Counted from the first letter of the whole stretch, positions 1 to 9,343 are shown. The stretch is 61,992 bases of DNA, filler included, from Candidatus Desantisbacteria bacterium CG1_02_49_89 (GCA_001871075.1; 7 parts of 7 records of this genome joined end to end with filler, not necessarily neighbours in it); one strand, 5' to 3'. The notes: generated by a model from the sequence alone, not told the origin. Made by a program: numbers and translations.

Positions 1-168
1 TAGTGTGGTGTCACATAAATCCCTTGACATTTGATTCTGCTTTGAGTTGTCATTGCGAGCGACCAAAGGGAGCGTGGCAATCTCGATTTTTAGGTCGAGA
101 TTGCTTCGTCGTTAACACTCCTCGCAATGACAGCCCAAATGTAAAGATCTGTTAGAGACACCACACTA
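1..168. mobile_element. MITE-like non-autonomous element with an internal inverted pair of GTCATTGCGAG...GCAATCTC repeats
   Basis: Terminal inverted repeat TAGTGTGGTGTC (1-12) / GACACCACACTA (157-168), ending in CTAG. Near-identical reverse copies at 32986-33081 and 56096-56232, both at contig ends. Confidence 0.8.
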
Positions 169-412
169 GTAAGGATCTTTTTTTCCCTATATCACCATAT
201 TTCAAAGGCAAATATGAGTTATGGCTTGAGTCTCCTCGTTGGTGTTCCGGAAAAGATGATTATAGCAAAATAAAAATAAATAGGAGCAATAAAATATCGA
301 TTGAAATTATAAGGTAGGGATAGATTGCCTACCAATAATTAGGGATATAGGCACAACACTACTATTATTTTCTTTTAGGCTACTTTTACAATTTTCACAC
401 GATAGGGTTAAT

Positions 413-688
413 AAAAATCCCTCTCAATCCCCCTTTTATAAAGGGGGAGGAAAGAGGGATTATTTTTTGCTTATATAAATGTGCGACGAAACGCCGCACC
501 GCTACATAGCAGAGCAAGCTCTGCCACTACAATGGGCGGGCAAGCCCGCCCCTACGGTTTTATGCGCTCAACCTTATCAGATTCGGTCCAGCCTTTAAGG
601 CCCTCCTCTTTAAGCCCAACCTCGAACCAGCCCTGATTTTCCCTTAAAACAAGGACTTTCTTTCCCTCAGGAACAATAAACCCGGCTG
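413..688 (-). repeat. Diverged duplicate of the batE 3' end plus its downstream REP run (direct repeat of ~2100-2402)
   Basis: 552-688 aligns with 2266-2402 with 10 mismatches. The flanking REPs and hairpin are also shared. Confidence 0.9.
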
Positions 689-782
689 TGAACATAAAGG
701 GTGCCTGGTCTTGACAAAACAAATGACAAATCGCATTAAAGTTGAATAAAGCAAAGCAAAATTCAATTATAGGTTAGAAAAT

Positions 783-815
783 AAAAAATCCCTTTTTATT
801 TAAAGGGATTTTTTT
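783..815. terminator. Bidirectional intrinsic terminator-like hairpin
   Basis: AAAAAATCCCTTT-ttatt-TAAAGGGATTTTTTT. Confidence 0.6.
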
Positions 816-951
816 AACTAAAAGTCACTTTTTGCTTGCCCCCATGCAAGTTTCTTCCATGTAGATTTGCAGCTGCAAATCTGACTACAGGAACAGGTCG
901 AAACCTAAATGCTGGGGTCTTCATCTCTGGGTTCTCGAGTGATGTTTTTCC

Positions 952-992
952 TTGACAAATCCCCAATGTTATGTTATAATAATAACATAACA
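952..992 (+). promoter_or_regulatory. Sigma70 promoter with overlapping inverted-repeat operator
   Basis: TTGACA(952)-17 bp-TATAAT(975) with extended TG. Perfect 11-bp inverted repeat TGTTATGTTAT(967-977)/ATAACATAACA(982-992) covers the -10 box. Confidence 0.8.
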
Positions 993-1016
993 GCCTGAAT
1001 ATGAGGCAAAATACAT

Positions 1017-1418
1017 ATGGAGGATAGGAATATGGAAAAGGGATTTGGAGAACTTCTGAGGGAATACAGGCTAAAAGCCGGGTATAGCCTGAGGGCATTT
1101 GCTAAGGTGATAAATATGCAGCCGTCCAATCTGAGTTTTATGGAAAGCGGAAAGGTGAACCCGCCAAGAGCCTCTGAAGCACTGGTTAAAATCGCCAATG
1201 CTTTAGGGTTAACAAAAGGATCAAAAGAATGGACGAATTTTTTTGACCTGTCCGCAGGCGAAGCAAGGATACCGGCTGATATAAGGACAGACGAAAATAT
1301 AAGGAACTATCTGCCTATTATGCTGAGGACCGTGGCGAATGCAAGATTGACAAAAAAACAACTGGAGGAGTTGATACAGATGGTAAAAAATTCAAGAAAG
1401 GGAAAGAAAATTGGATAA
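1017..1418 (+). CDS. XRE-family helix-turn-helix regulator
   Basis: FGELLREYRLKAGYSLRAFAKVINMQPSNLSFMESGK is an HTH_3-like pattern; GAGG upstream. Confidence 0.85.
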   Translation: MEDRNMEKGFGELLREYRLKAGYSLRAFAKVINMQPSNLSFMESGKVNPPRASEALVKIANALGLTKGSKEWTNFFDLSAGEARIPADIRTDENIRNYLPIMLRTVANARLTKKQLEELIQMVKNSRKGKKIG

Positions 1419-2079
1419 ATATGAAAGAACTCTTTCCCAGCTTCAAAAAATAGGCGATGAGATATTAGAGAAACACAACAAGAACAATTCCTATTATGAA
1501 GTTGGCATTGAATATATTATTGAAGCAGGATTTGGGATCCATATAGAAGCAGAACCTTTAAAGGAAAGATATGGGGTAGAAGCATTCCCGGCAATAGGAA
1601 AATCCATAATTTATATCGATATCAGCCTTATGGATGACAGCAGGCAGGAAAGAAGATATAGATTTACCCTTGCTGAAGAACTTGCCCATATAATACTCCA
1701 TTCCGATATTTATAAGGAAGTAAAGACTTTTAATGATTATTTCAAAGCAGAAAGGTCAATATCCGAGGATTCGTACCACAGGTTGGACAGAAACGCAAAG
1801 GAGTTAGCGGGAATAATACTTATGCCGCGTTATACTTTTATTAACAGAGCGATAGAAATAAGAAACGATCTTTGCAGGTCAAAGGCAAAGGACAAAAATT
1901 CTTTAACCGACATTGAAAAGAACAAGGCAAGAAATCAGATAGTTAGAATATTAATGGATGATTTTAACGTTAATCAGGAGCCATGCGAAATAAGGCTGGA
2001 AAGAATTGAAAAGGGCCTGAATTGTTCATTATTTGAAATGAGCTTGGATAAAAGTTTCTTAAAGAAGAGGAAACCATAA
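1411..2079 (+). CDS. ImmA/IrrE-family metallopeptidase-like protein
   Basis: RRYRFTLAEELAHIILH and DRNAKELAGIILMP match the family layout; overlaps the XRE gene. Confidence 0.8.
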   Translation: MDKYERTLSQLQKIGDEILEKHNKNNSYYEVGIEYIIEAGFGIHIEAEPLKERYGVEAFPAIGKSIIYIDISLMDDSRQERRYRFTLAEELAHIILHSDIYKEVKTFNDYFKAERSISEDSYHRLDRNAKELAGIILMPRYTFINRAIEIRNDLCRSKAKDKNSLTDIEKNKARNQIVRILMDDFNVNQEPCEIRLERIEKGLNCSLFEMSLDKSFLKKRKP

Positions 2080-2265
2080 AAAGCAGGTGTTGAATATTGA
2101 AAATCCCCCTCATTCCCCCTTTATAAAAGGGGGAAGAAAGGGGGATTATTTTTTACGACCTATATGAATGTGCGACGAAACGCCCTCCATAAAAACTGGC
2201 GGGCAGGTCGCACCGCTACATAGCAGAGCAAGCTCTGCCACTACAATGGGCGGGCAAGCCCGCCC

Positions 2266-3030
2266 CTACGGTTTTATACGCTCAACCTTATCAGATTCGG
2301 TCCAGCCTTTAAGGCCCTCCTCTTTAAGCCCAACCTCGCACCAGCCCCGGTTTTCTCTTAAAACAAGGACCTTCTTTCCTTCGGGAACGATGAACCCGGC
2401 TGAATATTCCATTCCGGGGCCTGACCTTACGCCGCAGTCAGATTTAACAACGATCGCGGATGGCTGGTTCACGTTATAGAGTTTAATACCCCACCAGATC
2501 CCTGAAATAGCTGCGGCGATCAATAGAATACGGATCGCAAGATTAAAGATTGCAGATTTTCTGAAAAACCAGACGCAGATAAAAGCGATTAAAAGAAAAT
2601 AACAGATCGAGAAGATGACCGTGAGCTCGCCTACGCTTAGAAGGTCATAAACGCCCTTAAGTGTTTCCATAACAGGATTTTTCTGTTTTTGCTCTGCCTG
2701 AAGCGTTGATTCCCTGGCGAATTCAAGGTTGAATTTCATATCCTCGTCCCTCGGGTCAAGGACCCTCGCGCGTTCATAGTTGAGGATAGCCGGGCCAGGC
2801 TTGCCTGCTTTGAAATAGGCGTTCCCAAGGTTGTAAAAAAGCTGAGCGGATCGCAGACCCTTTGATAGCAGGTCTTCGTACGAATTTATGGCAGAGCTAT
2901 AACTGCCTGCTTCATACTGCTTGTTCGCCTGCAGGAAAAGCTCATCCGGCCCCTGAGCGCAAGCGAGCTCAAAGCTCAAAGCTGAAAGCTGAAAGGTAAC
3001 AACAAGGAGTAGAAGCAATGCCTTTTTCAT
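2266..3030 (-). CDS. batE: BatE-like TPR + SH3 protein
   Basis: Signal peptide, TPR (LFYNLGNAYFK), two TM helices, C-terminal SH3-like domain (VRSGPG...GW). Start moved to MKKALL. Confidence 0.8.
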   Translation of the reverse strand: MKKALLLLLVVTFQLSALSFELACAQGPDELFLQANKQYEAGSYSSAINSYEDLLSKGLRSAQLFYNLGNAYFKAGKPGPAILNYERARVLDPRDEDMKFNLEFARESTLQAEQKQKNPVMETLKGVYDLLSVGELTVIFSICYFLLIAFICVWFFRKSAIFNLAIRILLIAAAISGIWWGIKLYNVNQPSAIVVKSDCGVRSGPGMEYSAGFIVPEGKKVLVLRENRGWCEVGLKEEGLKGWTESDKVERIKP

Positions 3031-3196
3031 ATTAAATACCTTTTTTGCCACGAATTTCCCCCCGCAGCTGCTGCGCAGCTCAACGCAGGGGCCTGCGCGC
3101 CAGAGCTGAGCGGATGGCGCTGCGGACGAAAGCACGAAATAGATCAGCCACGGATTTTAAACTCTATAAACTCTGTAAACTTGTAAACTTTGTAAA

Positions 3197-4987
3197 CTAT
3201 TTTCTAGTTTTCATGGTTTTTTCGAGCTTGTTGATTATCGCCTTCGTCCGTTCTGCAAGGCCGCGGACTTCCTGCTCCTGCGCCTGCAAAGGAGCGTACC
3301 TGACAAAATCGCACTTCGAGATGATATCAAGCGTTTCCGCGACCGTTTCCTGGTCAGTTCCGCGGTCCAGCAGGTTTTTTTCTATCATTGCCGATGTCAG
3401 GCCCGGAGCCGCGATATTGAGCTTGTCCGCGATGTACTGCGCCAGCACGCCGGAAATGGCGCAGGCGGTCTTAACAGGGTCCTGTTCTTTTATGCCCCTA
3501 AGGTTTTTCTCCGCGGTCCCGAAGGCCCTGTGCAGGCGCATATATTTTATATCGGTAATAAGGCGGTTGTACTGCCTGCTGTAAATGAATGAGACCAGTA
3601 AAGCAAGTAGCGGCAGCAATTGCAGGATAATGAACCAGGGCTGCTCGTAAACCGGGGTGGTTTTCCTTAAAAGCCTGCCGGAAGTTTTCAAATAACGGAT
3701 ATCCCTGCCCAGGAACTTGATGCCCTGGGGTGAAAATGCGGAAGGGAGCTGCGCCGCGGGCTTTGTGCTCGGAAGAGCGGTGATACTTACCGGGTTTGCG
3801 GAGACGGTGCGGTACGACCTGGATGCCGGGTCAAAAAAGCTTATTTCCACCGCGGGTATTGTAAGCTTGCCAGCTGTCTGGGGCACAAGCATTGTCGTGA
3901 AGGCCTTTGAGCCCTGAACAACATAATTTTCCTTTGTCACGTTCATTGACGGTATCGTGTTATATTTCCTGAACCCGGTAAGCCCTTCTATCGCTGGCTC
4001 TGAGATGGTCTTGATGTTGCCCACGCCGGAAATAGTGGCCTTAAGCGTTATTGGCTGGTTTGCCTCTACAGTCTGCTTGTCCGCGCTTGCTTCGATTCTG
4101 TACTGCCCGACCATCCCGGAAAAATTCCGCGGTTTTCCCTGGGGCAGGGGCAGCACCTTTATCTGGATGGGGTTTGTTGTAAGGGTGTGTGTTTTGCCCC
4201 TTGAAAAGAAAGACTGGAAAAAGCTGTCGTCAAAGAAACCGGTGGGGGGGGAGAAATCCTCCACGTTGCACACAAGGTTCGCGCTGCCGATCGTGTAGTT
4301 GCCTGCCGCGGTAGGGAAGAGCCCGGTTTTAAGCTCAACCACAAAATATCTCTGGCCGTTGACGACTTCGTAGTATGTTTTTTGCGGGGGAAGGTCCTCT
4401 ATCCAGAAACCGGTGTATTCCGGCTGTTTATACTGGGGATTGCTCATAAGGTTGATATTGCGGTAGAACTTGAATGAAAAGGTTATCTGCTCGTTAACAT
4501 ACGCGGTCTGCTTGTCAACAGTACCCGTGACGAATATATTGCCCGTGGCTCCTGGGGCAGGTGCCTGCTGCTGCGGAGCCTGGGCCTGGGCAGCTGCCTG
4601 CACGACCTCAATGCTTATGGGGGCTGAGGAAAAGGCCTTTCCCCCGACCTGCACGCTTATGGGCGGGATGGTGAACTTGCCTATCTTTTTCGGCGCGAGC
4701 ACGAAATTAAAGGTGACGGAAGACGAGATCTGGCCGTTCACGATGGAAATGTTCTGGCTCTGCCCGGAAGAATAGATGTTAAAATCAGGCAGGCCTGGTA
4801 TCTGGGGCTGGGGTATCTGGGAAACGTTGCCTGAAACAACGACGCGCAGGGTCACCTGCTGGTCAAGCGAGACCTGCGGCCTGTCAACGGAGGCGGATAT
4901 GCTTATGTCCTGCGCCCAGACAAGGTGAAAGCTCAAAGCTGAAAGCTGAAAGGTAACGACAAGGAGTAAAAGCAATACTTTTTTCAT
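3197..4987 (-). CDS. batD: BatD-family protein
   Basis: Signal peptide, repeated BatD Ig-like modules, C-terminal TM segment, bat operon context. Confidence 0.85.
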   Translation of the reverse strand: MKKVLLLLLVVTFQLSALSFHLVWAQDISISASVDRPQVSLDQQVTLRVVVSGNVSQIPQPQIPGLPDFNIYSSGQSQNISIVNGQISSSVTFNFVLAPKKIGKFTIPPISVQVGGKAFSSAPISIEVVQAAAQAQAPQQQAPAPGATGNIFVTGTVDKQTAYVNEQITFSFKFYRNINLMSNPQYKQPEYTGFWIEDLPPQKTYYEVVNGQRYFVVELKTGLFPTAAGNYTIGSANLVCNVEDFSPPTGFFDDSFFQSFFSRGKTHTLTTNPIQIKVLPLPQGKPRNFSGMVGQYRIEASADKQTVEANQPITLKATISGVGNIKTISEPAIEGLTGFRKYNTIPSMNVTKENYVVQGSKAFTTMLVPQTAGKLTIPAVEISFFDPASRSYRTVSANPVSITALPSTKPAAQLPSAFSPQGIKFLGRDIRYLKTSGRLLRKTTPVYEQPWFIILQLLPLLALLVSFIYSRQYNRLITDIKYMRLHRAFGTAEKNLRGIKEQDPVKTACAISGVLAQYIADKLNIAAPGLTSAMIEKNLLDRGTDQETVAETLDIISKCDFVRYAPLQAQEQEVRGLAERTKAIINKLEKTMKTRK

Positions 4988-5283
4988 CTTAAATACCTTT
5001 TTTACCACGAAAGCACTCCGCCCGTCTTTCAGCGGGCGAGACTTCGCCCACCTAAAAGGATGGGCGAGGAAATCACGAAAAAATACATTTTGTCACTGAA
5101 GGCACTGAACACACTGAGGAAGATGTGTAATATCAGGGCTGAAGCCCTGAGTTACCCCGAAGGGGTCCCTTTGGGACAATAATATCCCTTGCCCTTGCTC
5201 TGACACTTTGACACGCTGATACGTTGACACGTTGATACGCCTTAAACGGTGGACAATCGACCGTGGACTGTGGACTAGAGAGG

Positions 5284-7005
5284 CTACCATTCTTTCTCCA
5301 CCGTGCCCACCTGGACAGGGACCATCTTTTTGCGGTCTTTGGACGCCTTCATTTCGCTTTCCTGGAAAGCATCCAGTATCCTTTTCGCGTCTTCCTTTGA
5401 CATCTGGTCCTTTTTCTCTCCCTGCTGTTGTTCCTGCTGTTCTTTTTTGTCCTGATCAGAGTCTTTATTTTCTTTCTGCTGCTGTTCCTTTTTTTCATTC
5501 TTGTTTTTATCCCCGGTCTTCTGCTGCTGTTCCTTCTGTTTCTGTTCCTGTTTGTCTTTTTCCGGCTTGCAGCATTTAGTATTGGGCGTTTCCTTCATTT
5601 TCTTCATCAGGAGCTCAAGGTTGAATTTCGCGTCCATATCCCTGGGGTTCAGGTCAAGGGCTTTTTTATAGACCTGGATCGCCTCCTGCATCCTATCAGT
5701 CCTGTAAAGGCTGTTCCCGGTGTTGTAATATGCCTTCTGCTGTATGGAGCGGTCTTTTGAATTATTCGCCTTCATGAATTCATCCAGCGCCTGTCCGTAT
5801 TCGCCTGACTTGAAAAGGGCGTCCCCGGAATTAAAAAAGAGCATGTCCGATCCGGGATGGTCAACAAGCGCGTCTTTATACCGGTCAAGCGCCTCTTCGT
5901 ATTGCTCTTTTTCGTAAAGCCGGTTGCCCTTATCGATCTTTCCCTTTAATGACGCCCCGGAAGAGCTTGGGAGCAGTATGGCCAGCAAAAATACGAACCC
6001 GATAAGCACCTTCTTCTTTTCTGACAGCAGAAGCTCAAGCATTATCAATATCAGCGCGATCAATAAGAAATATTGATACCTGTTCTCCTGCTGGGAATAT
6101 ACCTTTGCCTGCAGTTCTTTTTTCTCCATATTCGAAATGTCCTCGTAGATCCGTTCGATCTCTATCTCCCCGTCAGAAGCCCTGTAATACCTGCCCCCGG
6201 TCTCGAGCGCGATCTTCTGCAAAGCCGCCTCGTTAAGGGAACTCATGATCGACTCGCCTTTTTTATCTTTAAGGTATCCGGAAACATTTCCTGTTTCGTC
6301 GCGGACCGGGATGGGTTCGCCTGAAGGATTGCCGAAACCTATCGCGTATATCCTGACGCCTTCCTTTTTGGCTTCAGCCACAACGCTGTCCAGGCTTCCT
6401 TCGTGGCTCTCGCCGTCGCTTAACAGGATAAAAGCCTTGTATTTCTGCTCCTTGCTGACAAAGCCCTTTATCGCGGTCCTTATCGCGGCCGGGATGTTCG
6501 TTCCGGGGCGGGGGATAAGGCCCGGGTCTATAAGGTCAAGGAACATTTTCGCCGCGTTATAATCCAGGGTAAGCGGGCACTGGACGAAAGCGATGCCGGC
6601 GAAGGCTATCACGCCTATCCTGTCACCCTGAAGCTTGCTTACAAAGGACGAAAGCTCATTCTTGGCTTTTGCAAGGCGGCTGGGAGCGATATCCTCAGCC
6701 ATCATGCTCCTGGAACAGTCAATGGCGATGAATATATCCACGCCCCTTCTTTTTATTTCCTGCATTTTTGTCCCGATCTCAGGCCCGGCTGCGGAGATCG
6801 CGATGAGGAGAATAGAAATGACGACAAGCGCCGTTTTGTACGCCTGTTTCTTCCTGCTTGCGGACGCGGAAAGCGCCTCGACCAGTTTCGGGTCGCCGAA
6901 TGCCGCCATCCTCCTTTTCTTTTCCCCCAGGGAAAAGATAAAGAGCATAATAAGCAGCGGCACAGCCCAGATCAGATTGCTCCATAACGGATGAGAAAAC
7001 CCCAT
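5284..7005 (-). CDS. BatB (vWA) - BatC (TPR, Q/K/E-rich tail) fusion
   Basis: DCSRSM MIDAS, QCPLTLD, LSDGE; TPRs; tail QMSKEDAKRILDA...EKEW. Confidence 0.85.
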   Translation of the reverse strand: MGFSHPLWSNLIWAVPLLIMLFIFSLGEKKRRMAAFGDPKLVEALSASASRKKQAYKTALVVISILLIAISAAGPEIGTKMQEIKRRGVDIFIAIDCSRSMMAEDIAPSRLAKAKNELSSFVSKLQGDRIGVIAFAGIAFVQCPLTLDYNAAKMFLDLIDPGLIPRPGTNIPAAIRTAIKGFVSKEQKYKAFILLSDGESHEGSLDSVVAEAKKEGVRIYAIGFGNPSGEPIPVRDETGNVSGYLKDKKGESIMSSLNEAALQKIALETGGRYYRASDGEIEIERIYEDISNMEKKELQAKVYSQQENRYQYFLLIALILIMLELLLSEKKKVLIGFVFLLAILLPSSSGASLKGKIDKGNRLYEKEQYEEALDRYKDALVDHPGSDMLFFNSGDALFKSGEYGQALDEFMKANNSKDRSIQQKAYYNTGNSLYRTDRMQEAIQVYKKALDLNPRDMDAKFNLELLMKKMKETPNTKCCKPEKDKQEQKQKEQQQKTGDKNKNEKKEQQQKENKDSDQDKKEQQEQQQGEKKDQMSKEDAKRILDAFQESEMKASKDRKKMVPVQVGTVEKEW

Positions 7006-7163
7006 TGTTCCTCTTAACTGCGTCGAACGTCGTGCGTCTTACGTCGTGCGTATAAATTCTTAAACGTATGACGTACGACATACGACTTACGACGGTATCT
7101 ACGCACGACCTACGACGTATGACGGTATTTACGCACGACTTACGACGTATGACATACGACGGC

Positions 7164-8156
7164 TTAAGGAATCTTAAGCAGGACCGTGCCGGCAAGTGCC
7201 TGTTCAAGCAAAAGCAGCGCGAAAGCCGGGAGCAGGAAGAAAAGGTAAAGGTCCCTGTATTCCGTGTATTCCTTCACTTTCAGCTTTACTTTTTCCAACC
7301 TGTCAATTCTTCTGAAAATTTCCTCAAGCCCCCCTGTGGAAGCCGCGCGGAAATAAGTCCCGCCTGTCATATCAGCCATTTTTCTTAAGGATACCTCATC
7401 AAGCTCCTGTTCCGGGATCTTAACGTATCTTCTCCCGAAAGCAGGGTCATCCACCGGGTACATCGCCCCGCCGGGGGCTCCGGCGCCTATCGTGTATATT
7501 TTTATGCCAAGCGCCTGCGCTGTTTTCGCGGCCGTGAGCGGGTCTATTTCCCCGTAGTTGTTCCTGCCGTCAGAAAGCAGTATGATCACCTTGCTCTTAG
7601 CCTCGCTTGTGCGCAGCCTGTTTACCGATGTCGCGATGGCTGAGCCGATCGCTGTCATGTCAATAGAGGTCATGCCTATCTCGACCTTGCTGATCAGGTC
7701 CAGCACCGCGCCGTGGTCAAGCGTGAGAGGGCACTGGGTGAAGCTCAGGCCCGCGAAAACCACCACGCCTATCCTGTCGTGTTTCCTGCCCTGGACGAAT
7801 TTTTTGGCGGTTTCCTTCGCGGCATCAAGCCTGTTCCTGGGCTTAAAATCCTCAGCCTGCATGCTGGAGGATGTGTCCAGGCACAGTATGATATCAACGC
7901 CTTCTGTAGAGACTTCCTCGCTGAAGGTCCCTGCCTGTGGCCTTGAAAGCGCCAGCACAATGAGAGCAACGGCCGCAAGCCTGGACCATAGAAGAATAAT
8001 ATCCCTGTTCTTTGTCCAGAAGTCGGCGCTCCTGCCCAGGATGCCGAGGCTTGAATATACCAGTGCCGCGCCTTCCCTGCGGAAATATTTCCGCAGCAGC
8101 AGGTAAACCGGGATGAAAACCAGGAATGTCAGATAATAAGGGTTCGCGAATCGCAT
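7164..8156 (-). CDS. batA: BatA vWA domain protein
   Basis: MRFANP N-terminus, DTSSSM MIDAS, TQCPLTLDH, LSDGRNN. Confidence 0.9.
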   Translation of the reverse strand: MRFANPYYLTFLVFIPVYLLLRKYFRREGAALVYSSLGILGRSADFWTKNRDIILLWSRLAAVALIVLALSRPQAGTFSEEVSTEGVDIILCLDTSSSMQAEDFKPRNRLDAAKETAKKFVQGRKHDRIGVVVFAGLSFTQCPLTLDHGAVLDLISKVEIGMTSIDMTAIGSAIATSVNRLRTSEAKSKVIILLSDGRNNYGEIDPLTAAKTAQALGIKIYTIGAGAPGGAMYPVDDPAFGRRYVKIPEQELDEVSLRKMADMTGGTYFRAASTGGLEEIFRRIDRLEKVKLKVKEYTEYRDLYLFFLLPAFALLLLEQALAGTVLLKIP

Positions 8157-8401
8157 ATCTCACCAAAAACAAGTCAAAAGTCAAATTGTAAAATGTAAAT
8201 TGCAAAAGTGTAAGATTATTACGAAAGCACTCCGCCCGTCTTTCAGCGGGCGAGACTTCGCCCACCTGAAAGGATGGGCGAGGAAAGCACGAAACCTTCG
8301 GTCAGCCACGGATTTCCACGAATTTTTACATTCAGCTTTTAGCATCCAGCATTTAGCAGATTTTACTCTGACACATTGACACGTTGATACGTTGACACGC
8401 A

Positions 8402-9343
8402 TTAAGGAGCAGGCTCAACAGGCACAATTTCTTTCGTAAGGTCGACGATCTCATACGCCATTGCAAGGTCCCGATCAATTTCTGTTTTCTCCGGGATGAA
8501 CCTGGCGAATTTAACCAGGTCGCTTTGGTCAAGCAGTTCTTTCAGCATGCCGCAATGCCTGCGCTCAATGCCTTTTACCCGCATTTCCTGGTAAAGCTCG
8601 GTTGTGGTGCGTTCGGTCGCAAAGACCGAATACCTTTCCTCGATGTAAAGGCGCATTATCTCGGACAGGACGATGTAATATTTTTTTATCTTTCCCCGCA
8701 GCACAAGGTCCATCTCTTCAAGTTTTTTCAGCCTTTCAATTGCGATCTCGTGAGCCGGCCTTGCCAAAGGTTTCTGGGCAGGGAATACAGGTTCACCCTT
8801 CCTTCTCTTCCAGAGGATCCAGAATATTACCAGGCCTGCGGCTATCGCGAGGACGTAAAAGAGCAGGTAGCTCTTTATTGAAAGGGGAGGTTTTATGTCC
8901 CTGATGTCAGCGCCGGCTGTTTCGCCTTTCAGCACGCTTTCAACCAGTATCGGTATCGTGTCCGTTGAGGCAGTCGACGTGTTCCCAGCCAGGTCTTTAT
9001 AGGCAACGAGCAGGGAAGGTATCGCGTAAGAGCCCACGCTGAAAACAGTTATCGTGTACCTGAACTCGGTTATTTCCTTACCGCCTCTCTTTCTGGGTTT
9101 TTCCTGCCGCAGGTCTTTTACCTCGAATATCTCAGAGGCAGGGGACGGGTTGAATGCCGCAAGCTCAGCGCCCGCGGGTTTCTCGACAATAACCGTGTAG
9201 ACGATCCTGTCCCCGACAGTTATCTTCGACCTGTCCACCCGCGACTTTACAGTTACCGCCGCGCTTTCTGCATAAACGACGTGTAACGTGTCACGTGTCA
9301 CGTGTAACGTAAAAACCAGGAGTAAAAGCAATATCTTTTTCAT
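8402..9343 (-). CDS. Bat-operon membrane protein (BatD-like N-terminus, DIRDIK motif, TM helix)
   Basis: DIRDIKPP-TM-...ERTTTE...DLVKFA pattern typical of the gene between DUF58 and batA. Confidence 0.75.
   Translation of the reverse strand: MKKILLLLLVFTLHVTRDTLHVVYAESAAVTVKSRVDRSKITVGDRIVYTVIVEKPAGAELAAFNPSPASEIFEVKDLRQEKPRKRGGKEITEFRYTITVFSVGSYAIPSLLVAYKDLAGNTSTASTDTIPILVESVLKGETAGADIRDIKPPLSIKSYLLFYVLAIAAGLVIFWILWKRRKGEPVFPAQKPLARPAHEIAIERLKKLEEMDLVLRGKIKKYYIVLSEIMRLYIEERYSVFATERTTTELYQEMRVKGIERRHCGMLKELLDQSDLVKFARFIPEKTEIDRDLAMAYEIVDLTKEIVPVEPAP

Noticed and set aside
552-688. DGR template/variable repeat pair with the batE 3' end (tempting given the Avd-like genes)
   Set aside because: Mismatches are not adenine-specific on either strand, are mostly synonymous third-position changes, and no reverse transcriptase is in the window.
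814-1098. Small divergent ORF opposite the XRE gene
   Set aside because: No recognisable motif or SD; it overlaps the promoter and contains a GTAG-type palindrome (AGATTTGCAGCTGCAAATCT).
6779-7388. ORFs such as 6779-7207, 7068-7388, 8181-8402, 10361-10675 and 21661-22054, plus many antisense ORFs
   Set aside because: They are translations of repeat arrays or shadows of well-supported genes on the other strand.
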